From sequence record DRR378314_462: a DNA stretch of 64,000 nucleotides; one strand, 5' to 3'. Each line of letters starts with the position of its first letter. Position 1 is the stretch's first letter. This document shows positions 29,864 to 40,066 of this stretch, in pieces. The notes below the pieces were generated by a model that searched no databases, was not told the DNA's origin, and saw nothing but the letters and a program-made list of their open reading frames with translations. A program made the position numbers and the translations under genes.

Positions 29864-29888
29864 GGGGCCCTCCTTCAAACTGAAAGGG

Positions 29889-29935
29889 CCAGGTCGTCCT
29901 GGACAGTCTACCCATCGCGGGGGAGGTCGTCCTCC
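29889..29935 (-). ncRNA. Guanidine-II (mini-ykkC) riboswitch
   Basis: Tandem hairpins GGAGG-ACGA-CCUCC (29922-29935) and CCAGG-ACGA-CCUGG (29889-29902) with a 19-nt linker, directly upstream of sugE. Confidence 0.92.
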
Positions 29936-30019
29936 ATCATAGGGGATATAAGGCCGCATGACGGCGGGGTCAATCAGCTTTCAGGCAAGCCCCCGCACCG
30001 GCGTCACATTCCTGTGTCT

Positions 30020-30505
30020 TCAGTCACGGAAATTCACATATTGCAGGGGCATTTCGGTGTCCTGCTCTTTACAAAACGCGATTGCCGCTTGCAGATCATC
30101 GCGTTTTTTACCGGTCACCCGAAGCTCATCGCCCTGAATGGCCACCTGAACCTTGATCTTGCTGCCTTTGATGGATTTCACCAGTTTCTTGGCCAATTCC
30201 TTGTCGATGCCTTCGCGCACGATGACTTGCTGACGCACACTTTGGCCAGCCGCCTTTTCCGGCGTTTTATAATCCAGCACAGCCGCATCCACATTTCGGC
30301 GTGTCAAATGCCCCTGCAACAATTCATGCATCTGGCGTAATTTCATATCATCATCGGCATGGATGGTGATCACACTTTCGGTCAGTTCAATCGTGCAATT
30401 ACTGCCTTTAAAATCGTACCGGGTTTCAACTTCCCGACGAACATTATTAAGGGCATTACCAACCTCATTCAGATCGGTCTTTGATACAATATCGAACGAA
30501 GGCAT
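30020..30505 (-). CDS. yajQ: YajQ family nucleotide/c-di-GMP-binding protein
   Basis: MPSFDIVSK, RYDFKG, IQGDELRVTGKKRDDLQ, NFRD. Confidence 0.96.
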   Translation of the reverse strand: MPSFDIVSKTDLNEVGNALNNVRREVETRYDFKGSNCTIELTESVITIHADDDMKLRQMHELLQGHLTRRNVDAAVLDYKTPEKAAGQSVRQQVIVREGIDKELAKKLVKSIKGSKIKVQVAIQGDELRVTGKKRDDLQAAIAFCKEQDTEMPLQYVNFRD

Positions 30506-30515
30506 TTATATCTCC

Positions 30516-32105
30516 CTAAACAAGCTGCTCTTTGGTTTTACAGAATTTAATTGTTGGCCAGTCCTTTTCCGCGCGTTCCAAATGCCAGGCATTTCGAGCC
30601 AGAAAAACAGGCGCTTCGTCATGATCCTCTGCCAAAGAGGCCTGATTGGCATCCAGGAATTTCTTAAGCTCGTTATGATCATCCTGTTCAACCCAACGGG
30701 CGGTATAAAGTTCGGTCGGTTCAAAATTGACCGGGATATCATACTCGGTGCGGATGCGATCCGCCAGCACTTCAAACTGCAGAGAGCCAACCACACCGAC
30801 AACCCAGTCAGATCCGAGCCTGGTCTTGAACGCGCGGGCGGCCCCCTCCTCGGCTATCTGGATCAGGGCTCGGCCCAGATGTTTGGCCCGCATCGGATCA
30901 ACCGGACGGACTTTCTGCAGCAATTCAGGGGCGAAACTTGGAATGCCGGTGAAGCGGATATTCTCCCCTTCGGTCAAGGCATCACCAATTCGCAGATTGC
31001 CGTGATTGGGCAAACCAATAATATCACCTGGCCAAGCCTCTTCCGCCAGTTCCCGGTCCCGCGCCAAGAAAAGAACGGGATTATGAATAGCCATGGTCTT
31101 GCCGGAACGGACATGCTTCAGCTTCGCACCGCGTTTGAAATGACCCGAGACAAGCCGCATAAACGCAATCCGATCCCGGTGTTTGGGGTCCATATTCGCC
31201 TGGATCTTGAAAATAAAGCCAGCGACCTTTTTCTCCTCTGGCAGGATCTCCCGATCAACCGAGGGCGCCGATCTGGGCGGTGGGGCCATCGCGGTCAACC
31301 CATCCAGCAGGGTTTCCACACCGAAATTATTAATGGCAGACCCGAAATAAACCGGGGTCATGGTGCCTTCCCGAAACGCCTGCGGATCAAAATCAGGGCA
31401 CAGCTCGCGCACCATTTCCACATCTTCACGCAGTTTTTCTGCATAACTGGCAGGCAAAAGCTCATCAATCTTCGGATCATCAATCCCATTACAGGTGATG
31501 CCTTCATCCAGATGATTATTTTTATCTTTACTGACCAGCACCAGCCGATCCTTGAACAGATCATAGCAGCCTAGAAAATTCCGCCCCATACCAATTGGCC
31601 AACTGGCGGGCACAACATCCAGCGCCAAAGTCTGCTCAATATCATCGAGCAACTCAAACGGATCCAGGGCTTCGCGGTCAAATTTGTTGATGAAAGTCAC
31701 AATGGGCATATCGCGCAGGCGGCAAACTTCAAACAGTTTGCGGGTCTGGCTTTCAATACCCTTGGCGCCGTCCAATACCATCACGGCACTATCCACCGCA
31801 GTCAGGGTTCGATAGGTATCTTCAGAGAAGTCTTCATGGCCTGGGGTGTCCAGCAGGTTAAAGGTTTTCCCCTGATAATCGAAGGTCATTACAGAGGAGG
31901 CAACAGAAATACCACGTTCGCGTTCCACCTTCATCCAGTCAGAACGCGCGCGCCGTTGTTCGCCCCGTGTTTTTACCGCCCCGGCAAGCTGGATGGCACC
32001 GCCGAACAAAAGCAGTTTTTCCGTCAGGGTCGTCTTACCCGCATCCGGGTGCGCGATAATGGCAAAGGTGCGCCGATTGGCAACACGGTTTTCAAGAGTA
32101 CTCAT
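30516..32105 (-). CDS. prfC: Peptide chain release factor 3
   Basis: RRTFAIIAHPDAGKTTLTEKLLLFGG, DTPGHEDFSEDTYRTL, FKIQANMDPKHRDR. Confidence 0.97.
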   Translation of the reverse strand: MSTLENRVANRRTFAIIAHPDAGKTTLTEKLLLFGGAIQLAGAVKTRGEQRRARSDWMKVERERGISVASSVMTFDYQGKTFNLLDTPGHEDFSEDTYRTLTAVDSAVMVLDGAKGIESQTRKLFEVCRLRDMPIVTFINKFDREALDPFELLDDIEQTLALDVVPASWPIGMGRNFLGCYDLFKDRLVLVSKDKNNHLDEGITCNGIDDPKIDELLPASYAEKLREDVEMVRELCPDFDPQAFREGTMTPVYFGSAINNFGVETLLDGLTAMAPPPRSAPSVDREILPEEKKVAGFIFKIQANMDPKHRDRIAFMRLVSGHFKRGAKLKHVRSGKTMAIHNPVLFLARDRELAEEAWPGDIIGLPNHGNLRIGDALTEGENIRFTGIPSFAPELLQKVRPVDPMRAKHLGRALIQIAEEGAARAFKTRLGSDWVVGVVGSLQFEVLADRIRTEYDIPVNFEPTELYTARWVEQDDHNELKKFLDANQASLAEDHDEAPVFLARNAWHLERAEKDWPTIKFCKTKEQLV

Positions 32106-32226
32106 GATCACTTTCGAACGCCGACATCGGCAATTTCATATTCACGCCCGCACTACTGGGGCAAGGTTTTTAGCTGCTGCACATGTAACTTTATTGCAAC
32201 GAGACTTCAATCTTTTTCCCAAAGGA

Positions 32227-32802
32227 TCAAAGGCGCTTTTCCATCAAATGCCAACAGTCATTGTGAAACTGATCACCCATGGGAACGGCCGGCAACGTCT
32301 TTTTGATCGCAAAACCGTTTTTTTCATACAAGCGGATAACCGGGGACTTGCTGCCAAGCACCACAAGGTTCACGATCGGTAGACCGGCACTTTGGGCCAA
32401 AACCATAGCATGATCAAGCAATCGCCCTGCCAGCCCTTGACCGCGGTACGGTTCATGAACCGCTAAAAAATTGATATACCAGTTTCCAACGCATGAAGCT
32501 TCCAACTCCTGAAATGGAGCCGCGTAAGGGAGCCAGTCCGGCTCGTCACTGGCGGTGTCCGGGACCATCTGAAACGAGTTGAGGAGCCCGGTAACCGCCG
32601 CGTCTTCTGATTTGAGCAGGTAACAATTGCGGTGGGAAAATTCGCCGCTCTCTTGCTCCACGCTCTTTGCACCTCTCGCCCACGGATCTCCAGACGGGCC
32701 TGCCAGTTGTTGCCAACGGGCGAACGAGGTTCCTGAGGCCGCCAGATTGGACAGGATTGCGATCTGCAATGCATCCTTGGGCGTTGCTGGTACCAGTTTC
32801 AT
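32227..32802 (-). CDS. GNAT family N-acetyltransferase
   Basis: WYINFLAVHEPYRGQGLA, RLYEKNGF. Confidence 0.88.
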   Translation of the reverse strand: MKLVPATPKDALQIAILSNLAASGTSFARWQQLAGPSGDPWARGAKSVEQESGEFSHRNCYLLKSEDAAVTGLLNSFQMVPDTASDEPDWLPYAAPFQELEASCVGNWYINFLAVHEPYRGQGLAGRLLDHAMVLAQSAGLPIVNLVVLGSKSPVIRLYEKNGFAIKKTLPAVPMGDQFHNDCWHLMEKRL

Positions 32803-32824
32803 ATCTTGATCTTATACCTTCCAT

Positions 32825-32859
32825 AAAAAAACCTCCCGGAACTCTGAAATTCCGGGAGG
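32825..32859 (-). terminator. Rho-independent terminator downstream of the NADP-dependent oxidoreductase
   Basis: CCTCCCGGAA..TTCCGGGAGG stem with a T-run on the minus strand. Confidence 0.85.
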
Positions 32860-32889
32860 CGGTCGATGATTTCAAAGCGTGAAGAGATC

Positions 32890-33900
32890 TTAGTCTTCGT
32901 TGACTTTCAAGACCAGCTTACCGAAATTTTCACCGGTGAAGAGCTTGAGGAATGTGGATGGGAAATTTTCAATCCCTTCGTCAATATGCTCTTTAAACTG
33001 TAACTTGCCGCCAGCGTACCAGGTGGCCAGTTGTTTGGTGCCCTCAGCATACTGTTTTATGTAGTCAAAGACCACGAACCCTTCCATCCGGGCATGCTGC
33101 ACCAGCAAATTCAGATAGTTGGCCGGCCCGTGCACAGGTGTCGTGTTGTTATATTGAGAAATCGCCCCGCAGATAACAACCCGGGCATGCCGGTTCAGGC
33201 GCGCCAGTGCAATATCCAGGATATCGCCGCCCACGTTATCAAAATAGACATCAACACCCGATTTCAATGGTGCCTTCATATCTTGCAGGAAGCTATCGGA
33301 TTTATAATCGACACACGCATCAAAGCCGAGCTCGTCCACGACATATTTGCATTTATGGGCACCACCAGCGATCCCAACGGCGCGCGCGCCTTTGATCTTA
33401 GCGATCTGCCCGACCATGGAGCCCACGGCACCGGCCGCACCGGAGACAAGAACCGTGTCCCCTTCCTTGACCGCGCCCACATCCGTCAGGCCAAAATAGG
33501 CGGTCAGACCGGGCATTCCAAGGCCGCCCAAATAGCTTTGCAGCGGGGCAAGATTTTGATCAACCTTGACCAGATCCTTCCCATCGGATTTGCCATATTG
33601 CTGAACACCATGATAACCGGTGACACAATCGCCAACAGCAAACGCAGGGTTGTTGCTTTCAATAACTTCACCAACCGTGCCAGCCCGCATGACCTCCCCA
33701 AGTCCAACAGGCGGGATATAGGATTTCGCATCATTCATCCAGCCGCGCATAGCCGGATCCAGCGAAACATAGTGAATTTTGACAACAACTTCGCCGTCAC
33801 CCGCGCTGGGGGCGGCTTCTGTGGTGAATTCCCAATCGCTATCCTTTGGAGTTCCCGCCGGGCGCGCTTTAAGGCGGTATTGTTTATTTTGCAGGGTCAT
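32890..33900 (-). CDS. NADP-dependent MDR oxidoreductase (CurA/prostaglandin reductase-like)
   Basis: SLDPAMRGWM, GMPGLTAYFG, SGAAGAVGS, YFDNVGG, ENFGKLV. Confidence 0.93.
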   Translation of the reverse strand: MTLQNKQYRLKARPAGTPKDSDWEFTTEAAPSAGDGEVVVKIHYVSLDPAMRGWMNDAKSYIPPVGLGEVMRAGTVGEVIESNNPAFAVGDCVTGYHGVQQYGKSDGKDLVKVDQNLAPLQSYLGGLGMPGLTAYFGLTDVGAVKEGDTVLVSGAAGAVGSMVGQIAKIKGARAVGIAGGAHKCKYVVDELGFDACVDYKSDSFLQDMKAPLKSGVDVYFDNVGGDILDIALARLNRHARVVICGAISQYNNTTPVHGPANYLNLLVQHARMEGFVVFDYIKQYAEGTKQLATWYAGGKLQFKEHIDEGIENFPSTFLKLFTGENFGKLVLKVNED

Positions 33901-33996
33901 TTTTCTTCCTTATGTTTAACGTCCCGGCCATCCAACCGGTTTTTAAGCCAAAGATCAAGACCGATCGTTCAAAATAGATGTGGGCACCATCACATC

Positions 33997-34560
33997 TTAG
34001 AAGGTCAGTGAATTGACGATCTGATCTGCCGTCTGCAGTCGCGCTTCATAGTAATGAATTGAACGTGCTACATATTCAATCATGTACAACTTTTTGCCCT
34101 TTTGAAGGAAATAGATCTTGGATCTAAAATCTTTTCCTTTTGGGGTAGAAGTATTGGCTTCAAAGCTATAACCGGCCTGGCCACCTATTTCCCGGGGGGT
34201 CAGTTCTGAAACTGCTGTCACAATTTTTCCACTTAGGGCCACACTGGACCGGAAAAGCTCGACAACTTCCTCTGGGGTCATTCCGGCCCGGAAAGAAGGG
34301 ATTTTTTCGGCGACATCGTCTTTATAGTCACCCGGAAGCTTTTCACCCTCTTTAAGAGGTTTCACAAACTGAATACTCTCAAGAATTGGACCAAATTGGG
34401 TCCATGATATCGTCTTATCTGCCTGAAATTCATTTGTGTTTTCTGCAGTCACAACGGTATAGCTGTCCCACATGACCCGTTCCCCAGTTTTTAATAATTT
34501 ATAACTCGGGATACAGGCGGTTACAAAAAGAAGGGAAAACAAAACAAGTAGTTTTCGCAT
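33997..34560 (-). CDS. Hypothetical lipoprotein (DcrB/PsbP-like C-terminus possible)
   Basis: Lipobox VTAC; 1 nt from the M48 gene. Confidence 0.75.
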   Translation of the reverse strand: MRKLLVLFSLLFVTACIPSYKLLKTGERVMWDSYTVVTAENTNEFQADKTISWTQFGPILESIQFVKPLKEGEKLPGDYKDDVAEKIPSFRAGMTPEEVVELFRSSVALSGKIVTAVSELTPREIGGQAGYSFEANTSTPKGKDFRSKIYFLQKGKKLYMIEYVARSIHYYEARLQTADQIVNSLTF

Positions 34561-34561
34561 T

Positions 34562-35725
34562 TTAATTCCTCAATTGATCTATGTATGAGCGAACGAGTTT
34601 TTCGTCTTTCGCATTCACGTTCTGCTCCAGATATACTTCAAAGCTGGAGATAGCGGCCTGTTGATTTCCAAGTCGTTTTTCTATCAAGCCAAGATGTTTG
34701 TGGGTTTTGAGCGGGGCGGGAGTGACTGTCGCGGCTTCAAGGTATAAATCTTTCGCTTTTTGGAGCTGCTCTACTGTTCCCTTGCGCCGGTAAACCTCAG
34801 CCAAGAAATACGCAATTTCTTCAGCGTTTCGGCCATTATTTCTGAGATGCTCAAGAACAACTGTCGCCTCTTTAGGGCCAGATACTGTTACAAGATTATT
34901 TGCCCAACGATGCCAGTGCTTGCTGTAGATCTTCTGAAATTCCAATGAAGCCCGTCGTTTCAAGATTGGCTCTTCACTTTTTAACCGTTTCCCCACCTCG
35001 GTCAAGCGCTCGATCCGATCTTTTGTTGCCGGGTGTGTTGCCCAGAATATGCTCGGTGTTTCTTTTTCCGATGCGTCATGCTCAGCTTCCACCAATTCCC
35101 AAAGCTTTACAATTTCAGCAACATCGTAACCCGCGTGATGCACAAGTTCAGTACCTTCGCCATCTGCTTCATGCTCATGTTCGCGGGAATATCCCTGCAA
35201 TGCCCCCATTGCCCCAATCGTAGCCAGCATCCCTGTAAGACCGAAATCGAAACCACCAGTGGCAATGGAAAAGAAAGCCAAAAACTCAAGTGTCGCCTTC
35301 GTCCGGTTCCATTGCTGCAAACCGTGTCGATTGACATAATGCACAAGCTCATGCCCCACAACGGCAGCAAGCTGATCTTCGTTTTGCACTCTAAGAAGTA
35401 ACCCCGTCCAGACGAACATAGAGCCATTAGGTGCCATTGAAGCGTTAAAATAGGGGTTTTTAAGAATGAAAAGCCGTATATCATTGCAATGTTCCGGTGC
35501 TACATTGCAAATCACGTTCTTAACATACAGATTAAGCTGAGGATCCCTTTCGACAAGTTCACTATTCGCAAGGCGCTTTTCGAACTTGTTCATGGTCATC
35601 CATAAGCCCGCCTCAGTAGAGGTCAACGCAGGCTTGTAACCTGGACTTACAGGCTCCTCCACTTCCGACGTTACACAACCTGCCACGAGCAAACAGAAAA
35701 TAGCAGAAACAAATCTCTGAAACAT
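34562..35725 (-). CDS. M48 family zinc metallopeptidase lipoprotein with C-terminal TPRs
   Basis: Lipobox VAGC, FNASMAPNG, GHELVH (HExxH), YSREHEHEAD, THP. Confidence 0.92.
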   Translation of the reverse strand: MFQRFVSAIFCLLVAGCVTSEVEEPVSPGYKPALTSTEAGLWMTMNKFEKRLANSELVERDPQLNLYVKNVICNVAPEHCNDIRLFILKNPYFNASMAPNGSMFVWTGLLLRVQNEDQLAAVVGHELVHYVNRHGLQQWNRTKATLEFLAFFSIATGGFDFGLTGMLATIGAMGALQGYSREHEHEADGEGTELVHHAGYDVAEIVKLWELVEAEHDASEKETPSIFWATHPATKDRIERLTEVGKRLKSEEPILKRRASLEFQKIYSKHWHRWANNLVTVSGPKEATVVLEHLRNNGRNAEEIAYFLAEVYRRKGTVEQLQKAKDLYLEAATVTPAPLKTHKHLGLIEKRLGNQQAAISSFEVYLEQNVNAKDEKLVRSYIDQLRN

Positions 35726-36765
35726 TAGAGAGGGATGTCTTCGTAAAGCGCATCAGTTGCATTTACTGCAGCTGGAAACGTCCGAAGATCCCCGGATGTG
35801 GACACAATTCGATTGAACCACTCCACCTCACCGGTTTTCAAGTTGACCAGAGACGCAAACCCAACTTGCGTCCCTCCTTGAATATGAGCGCCGAATAAAG
35901 CTGCCATCAAAAATTGCGCGGCTACTCTGCCGCCTGTGGAATACTGATCTCGCAAGTATATGAACAAGCCATAGTCCGCGCCATAACCAGAAGCCAATGC
36001 CTGGGTTGTTTCGCCCAAATGCCAATCAAACTTGCCTGTCTGCAATGTCGGAAGTTGAAGCAGCGGGTTTTGCTGAAAATTCAAAATCGAAATACCGACA
36101 TCTTCATGCAAGCTAATCAAATCCTGCCCCGTTTTCTCTGACACGTCGTTTGAGCCATCTTGGTACAAGGACACATCCAAACCCAGTTTCTGAAAATACT
36201 GCGCAGAAATTTCCGTTACATAATTGTTGGCAATTTTTGTCCAGAACGCATTTGGTTCCTGACCAGCAACGCCGAGTTCATACAATTCCACATCAGGCTG
36301 CATAATCAGAATTTTTTTGCCGGACGTTGAACGGCTTAGTTCTTTGCCGAAGAGCGAACGTGTATTGTCACTCAATTGAACATCACTAATTACTGTGTCC
36401 CGAGCGTCCTGCTTATCCACTGAAGGAATAGTATTACTGGATTGGGTCACGATGGGCTGTACGGGTTCACACGCTGTCTCATCCTGACAAATCAAGTAAT
36501 TTCTATGGAAATTCGCCCCCATTTGGACAACAAGTTTGTCGTTAATTCCTGTTGGATCCACTTCATATTCACGCGCATCAGAAACACGTGAAGAATAAGC
36601 ACCAGAGGCGTCTACAACATCACTCACTGTAGCCAAATCACTCTGCACAACGCTGTTATTATCTGAAGAATTTGCGGGCCTGCTGACCTCACTAGAGGTC
36701 GTCGTGCAGGCAGAGAGAACGGCCAAAGCCAGAACGGAGACAACTCCTGCCTTAAAAGTAAACAT
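35725..36765 (-). CDS. Hypothetical lipoprotein
   Basis: Lipobox LSAC; GADYGLFIY, GFASLVNLKTGEVEWFN..GDLR; TAATG coupling to M48. Confidence 0.8.
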   Translation of the reverse strand: MFTFKAGVVSVLALAVLSACTTTSSEVSRPANSSDNNSVVQSDLATVSDVVDASGAYSSRVSDAREYEVDPTGINDKLVVQMGANFHRNYLICQDETACEPVQPIVTQSSNTIPSVDKQDARDTVISDVQLSDNTRSLFGKELSRSTSGKKILIMQPDVELYELGVAGQEPNAFWTKIANNYVTEISAQYFQKLGLDVSLYQDGSNDVSEKTGQDLISLHEDVGISILNFQQNPLLQLPTLQTGKFDWHLGETTQALASGYGADYGLFIYLRDQYSTGGRVAAQFLMAALFGAHIQGGTQVGFASLVNLKTGEVEWFNRIVSTSGDLRTFPAAVNATDALYEDIPL

Positions 36766-36894
36766 GATAATACAAGCAATCCCTAATTTTATTTTTAATC
36801 ATTGTTTTCAACCTAAAATAGACAAATTAGTCAGTCAATATAAAATGAGCCGACAAGGCCGCTCATTTTCTTGATCACAACCTGTCTAGTTTCG

Positions 36895-38523
36895 TTAGGC
36901 TGTTGGCAGTTTATAGTCTTTGAACTGTTCCCGTAGCGCGGTTTTGAGAAGCTTGCCGGTTGCGGTGTGGGGAAGTTCATCGACGAACACCACATCATCA
37001 GGCAATTGCCATTTGGCAAGCGTGTTTTCCAAGTGATGAAGCACGTCTTCGCGGCTGACCGGGTGGCCATCCTCTTTCACGGCAATCACCAGCGGGCGTT
37101 CATCCCACTTTGGATGCGGTATGGCGATCACTGCCGCCTCGACAATCCCAGCGCAGCCAATGGCTTCATTTTCAACATCGATTGAGGAGATCCATTCTCC
37201 ACCGGATTTGATCACATCCTTTGAGCGGTCCGTGATCTGCATATAGCCATCCGCATCCAGGGTCGCCACATCCCCGGTATCAAACCAGCCATCCCCATCA
37301 ATCACGGTTCCACCTTCGGCCTTGAAATAGCCACTGGTGATCCACGGACCGCGGACCAGCAGCCGTCCAAAGGCCACCCCATCACGTGGCTGCTCATTGC
37401 CTTCATCATCGACAATTTTCAAGTCCACGTTAAACACGGTCCGTCCCTGCTTCAGGCGAATATCAACCTGTTTATCACCCGGTAGATCCTGATGTTTTTT
37501 CAAAAGGTTTCCGGTTGTTCCAAGCGGGCTCATCTCGGTCATGCCCCACGCATGAATGACGTTCACCCCATAGGTATTGACAAAAGTTTCAATCATGGAG
37601 CGAGCTGCGGCAGAACCCCCAATAACGGTTCGGTTCATGGTCGAGAATTTAAGACCATTTTCCTTTACATAACCGAGCAGCATCAGCCAGACAGTTGGCA
37701 CCCCGGCCGATAGGGTAACACCTTCCGCTTCCATCAGTTCATAGATGGATTTGCCATCCATTTCACTGCCCGGCATCACCATTTTTGCACCGGACATAGC
37801 CGCGGCATAGGGAATACCCCAGGCATTGGCATGGAACATGGGAACAACCGGCAAAATGGTGTCCGCATTGCAAACCCCAAGACCATCATTTGTGCAGACA
37901 CAATAGCTGTGCAGGATGGTTGAGCGATGTGCATAAAGAACCCCTTTCGGGTTCCCGGTCGTCCCAGACGTATAACAAAGGCTGGATGCTGTCATTTCAT
38001 CGAAGACTGGCCATTCATAGTCGCCATCCTCCGCCTCAACCAATGTTTCATAACAGATCGCGTTGGGCAAACTGGTATCCGGCATATGGGCTTCGTCTGT
38101 CATAATTACGAAATGCTGAACGGTTTTCAGTTCGGCGGCGATAGCTTCCAGCAGGGGTACAAATGTGAGGTCGGTGAAGATCACCCGGTCTTCGGCATGA
38201 TTGGCGATATAGGAAATTTGCTCCGGAAACAGACGGGGGTTAATTGTATGACAAACACACCCCATGCCAGAAACACCAAAATAAATTTCCAGATGCCGAT
38301 ACCCGTTCCAGGCCAGTGTTCCGATCCGATCGCCAAATTCAACACCGAGACGCCCCAAAGCCTGCGCCAGTTTTTTGGACCGCAGGTTGATTTCCCGATA
38401 ATTGGTTCGATGGATAGGCCCTTCAATCGTTCGGGAGACAATTTCCACATCCCCGTGATAAGTTCCCGCATACTCAATCTGAGAAGAGATGAGTAAAGGA
38501 CGATCCTGAATAAGACCTTTCAT
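36895..38523 (-). CDS. Medium-chain/3-(methylthio)propionyl-CoA ligase (DmdB-like)
   Basis: [50 protein letters not shown]. Confidence 0.9.
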   Translation of the reverse strand: MKGLIQDRPLLISSQIEYAGTYHGDVEIVSRTIEGPIHRTNYREINLRSKKLAQALGRLGVEFGDRIGTLAWNGYRHLEIYFGVSGMGCVCHTINPRLFPEQISYIANHAEDRVIFTDLTFVPLLEAIAAELKTVQHFVIMTDEAHMPDTSLPNAICYETLVEAEDGDYEWPVFDEMTASSLCYTSGTTGNPKGVLYAHRSTILHSYCVCTNDGLGVCNADTILPVVPMFHANAWGIPYAAAMSGAKMVMPGSEMDGKSIYELMEAEGVTLSAGVPTVWLMLLGYVKENGLKFSTMNRTVIGGSAAARSMIETFVNTYGVNVIHAWGMTEMSPLGTTGNLLKKHQDLPGDKQVDIRLKQGRTVFNVDLKIVDDEGNEQPRDGVAFGRLLVRGPWITSGYFKAEGGTVIDGDGWFDTGDVATLDADGYMQITDRSKDVIKSGGEWISSIDVENEAIGCAGIVEAAVIAIPHPKWDERPLVIAVKEDGHPVSREDVLHHLENTLAKWQLPDDVVFVDELPHTATGKLLKTALREQFKDYKLPTA

Positions 38524-38709
38524 GACACACAGCCCCTTTGTTATTTTCCTTGTTTGATTTTAAAAGATACGGAAACCGGCCCGCCGGGTAAAGCGGTTAG
38601 TCTGAACATTTGGTAGTTTTTTTTACCAATCCTGCTTTCCCTTACGTCAATATTTTAAAGCCAGAAAAAAGCTGCTAATATAGAAAAATCCAAACTGTTG
38701 GGCTGACAA

Positions 38710-39132
38710 TTGAATATCGAGTTACATGTTCTTTTAGGCGGAGCGGTAGCTGCCGTCTTTATTTTGATATTGCTGATCCGACTGATATCGGGGCAACGGG
38801 ATTTGGTCTTGTCCAATGAGGTCATTGATGCCTATCTGCTGCAGAACGAGCCTGACGAGAGTATTACAAAGATCACCATTAGCCGGGACCACAAAACCGC
38901 TCTTGCCAAAACAGCCGAGGGAACTGGATTTTTTGCTTTAAGGTCATTTGGTAATAAACTGGTTCATCAACAGTTTTCAGATCCCAGCAGACTCAAAATC
39001 CAGAATGGAAGGATCCAGATCCTGCGCCAAGACATATCCCATTCAGCACTGACTATCGAGCCCGACACCGATGGTGATCTGGATTATTGGTCAAACCTTG
39101 CCGAAAAGGAACTCCCGCATGCAACTCCCTGA
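38710..39132 (+). CDS. Hypothetical membrane-anchored protein
   Basis: N-terminal TM; overlaps the start of the next gene. Confidence 0.65.
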   Translation: MNIELHVLLGGAVAAVFILILLIRLISGQRDLVLSNEVIDAYLLQNEPDESITKITISRDHKTALAKTAEGTGFFALRSFGNKLVHQQFSDPSRLKIQNGRIQILRQDISHSALTIEPDTDGDLDYWSNLAEKELPHATP

Positions 39133-40066
39133 TCCGGTGACATTTGCCATTCCGGTGTTTGTGGCCTTAATCATTTTTGAGGTCATTCTTGGTCGGTTCC
39201 GTCCCAAAAAATCCAATTACGAATATCGCGACAGCGCCGCGTCGCTTTGCATGGGGCTCGGTAATTTTGCAATTGGCTTGATTAATCTGGGAATTGTCGG
39301 TACGGTTTCCTTGTGGGTTTATCAATATCGATTGTTTGATATTGGCTATAGCTGGATTGCCTTTGCGCTGATATTTATTGCAGAAGATTTCTGTTATTAT
39401 TGGTTTCACCGGTTAAGTCATGAATATCGGTTTTGGTGGGCTGCTCATATCAACCATCATTCCTCTCAATATTATAACCTGAGCACAGCCTTGCGCCAAA
39501 CCTGGACGGGCGGCCTTGCCGCGACCTGGATCCCATGGCTACTCCTGTCGTTCCTTGGCTTTCCACTGGAACTGATTATTTTTCAACAAGGGATCAGCTT
39601 GGTTTATCAGTTCTGGATCCATACTGAGTCGATCAATCGGATGTGGGCTCCATTTGAATTTATTTTCAATACGCCGTCCCACCACAGGGTTCACCACGCC
39701 ATAAATCCAAAATATCTGGATGCCAATTATGCCGGCGTTCTGATTATCTGGGACCGGATGTTCGGATCATTTGTCGCGGAAGACCCGGCGGAGCCCTGCC
39801 GCTATGGCATTGTCAAGCAACTGGCAACGTTCAACCCGCTGATCATTGCCTTTCATGAATGGATAGGGATCTTTAGTGATGTGGCGAAAGCGAAAAGCCT
39901 GAAAGCGGCTTTCTTATATATTTTCGGCCCCCCCGGCTGGAGCGAAGATGGTAGCCGATTGACGTCAAAAATGCTGAAGGAACGAGAACAGGTGCGGCTG
40001 ACCCGGCAACAGACAGCGGCATCAGATCCCCTGCCAGCACCCGCAGTCACCCCCGTCAGTGAATAA
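39119..40066 (+). CDS. Sterol desaturase/fatty acid hydroxylase family protein (alkylglycerol monooxygenase-like)
   Basis: His boxes YWFHRLSHE, AHINHHSS, FWIHTE, TPSHHRVHH; AAGGA SD before ATG 39119. Confidence 0.92.
   Translation: MQLPDPVTFAIPVFVALIIFEVILGRFRPKKSNYEYRDSAASLCMGLGNFAIGLINLGIVGTVSLWVYQYRLFDIGYSWIAFALIFIAEDFCYYWFHRLSHEYRFWWAAHINHHSSQYYNLSTALRQTWTGGLAATWIPWLLLSFLGFPLELIIFQQGISLVYQFWIHTESINRMWAPFEFIFNTPSHHRVHHAINPKYLDANYAGVLIIWDRMFGSFVAEDPAEPCRYGIVKQLATFNPLIIAFHEWIGIFSDVAKAKSLKAAFLYIFGPPGWSEDGSRLTSKMLKEREQVRLTRQQTAASDPLPAPAVTPVSE

Noticed and set aside
29864-29959. 32-aa N-terminal extension of the SMR protein in the ORF track
   Set aside because: This is the riboswitch leader; the SD and family length support ATG 29863.
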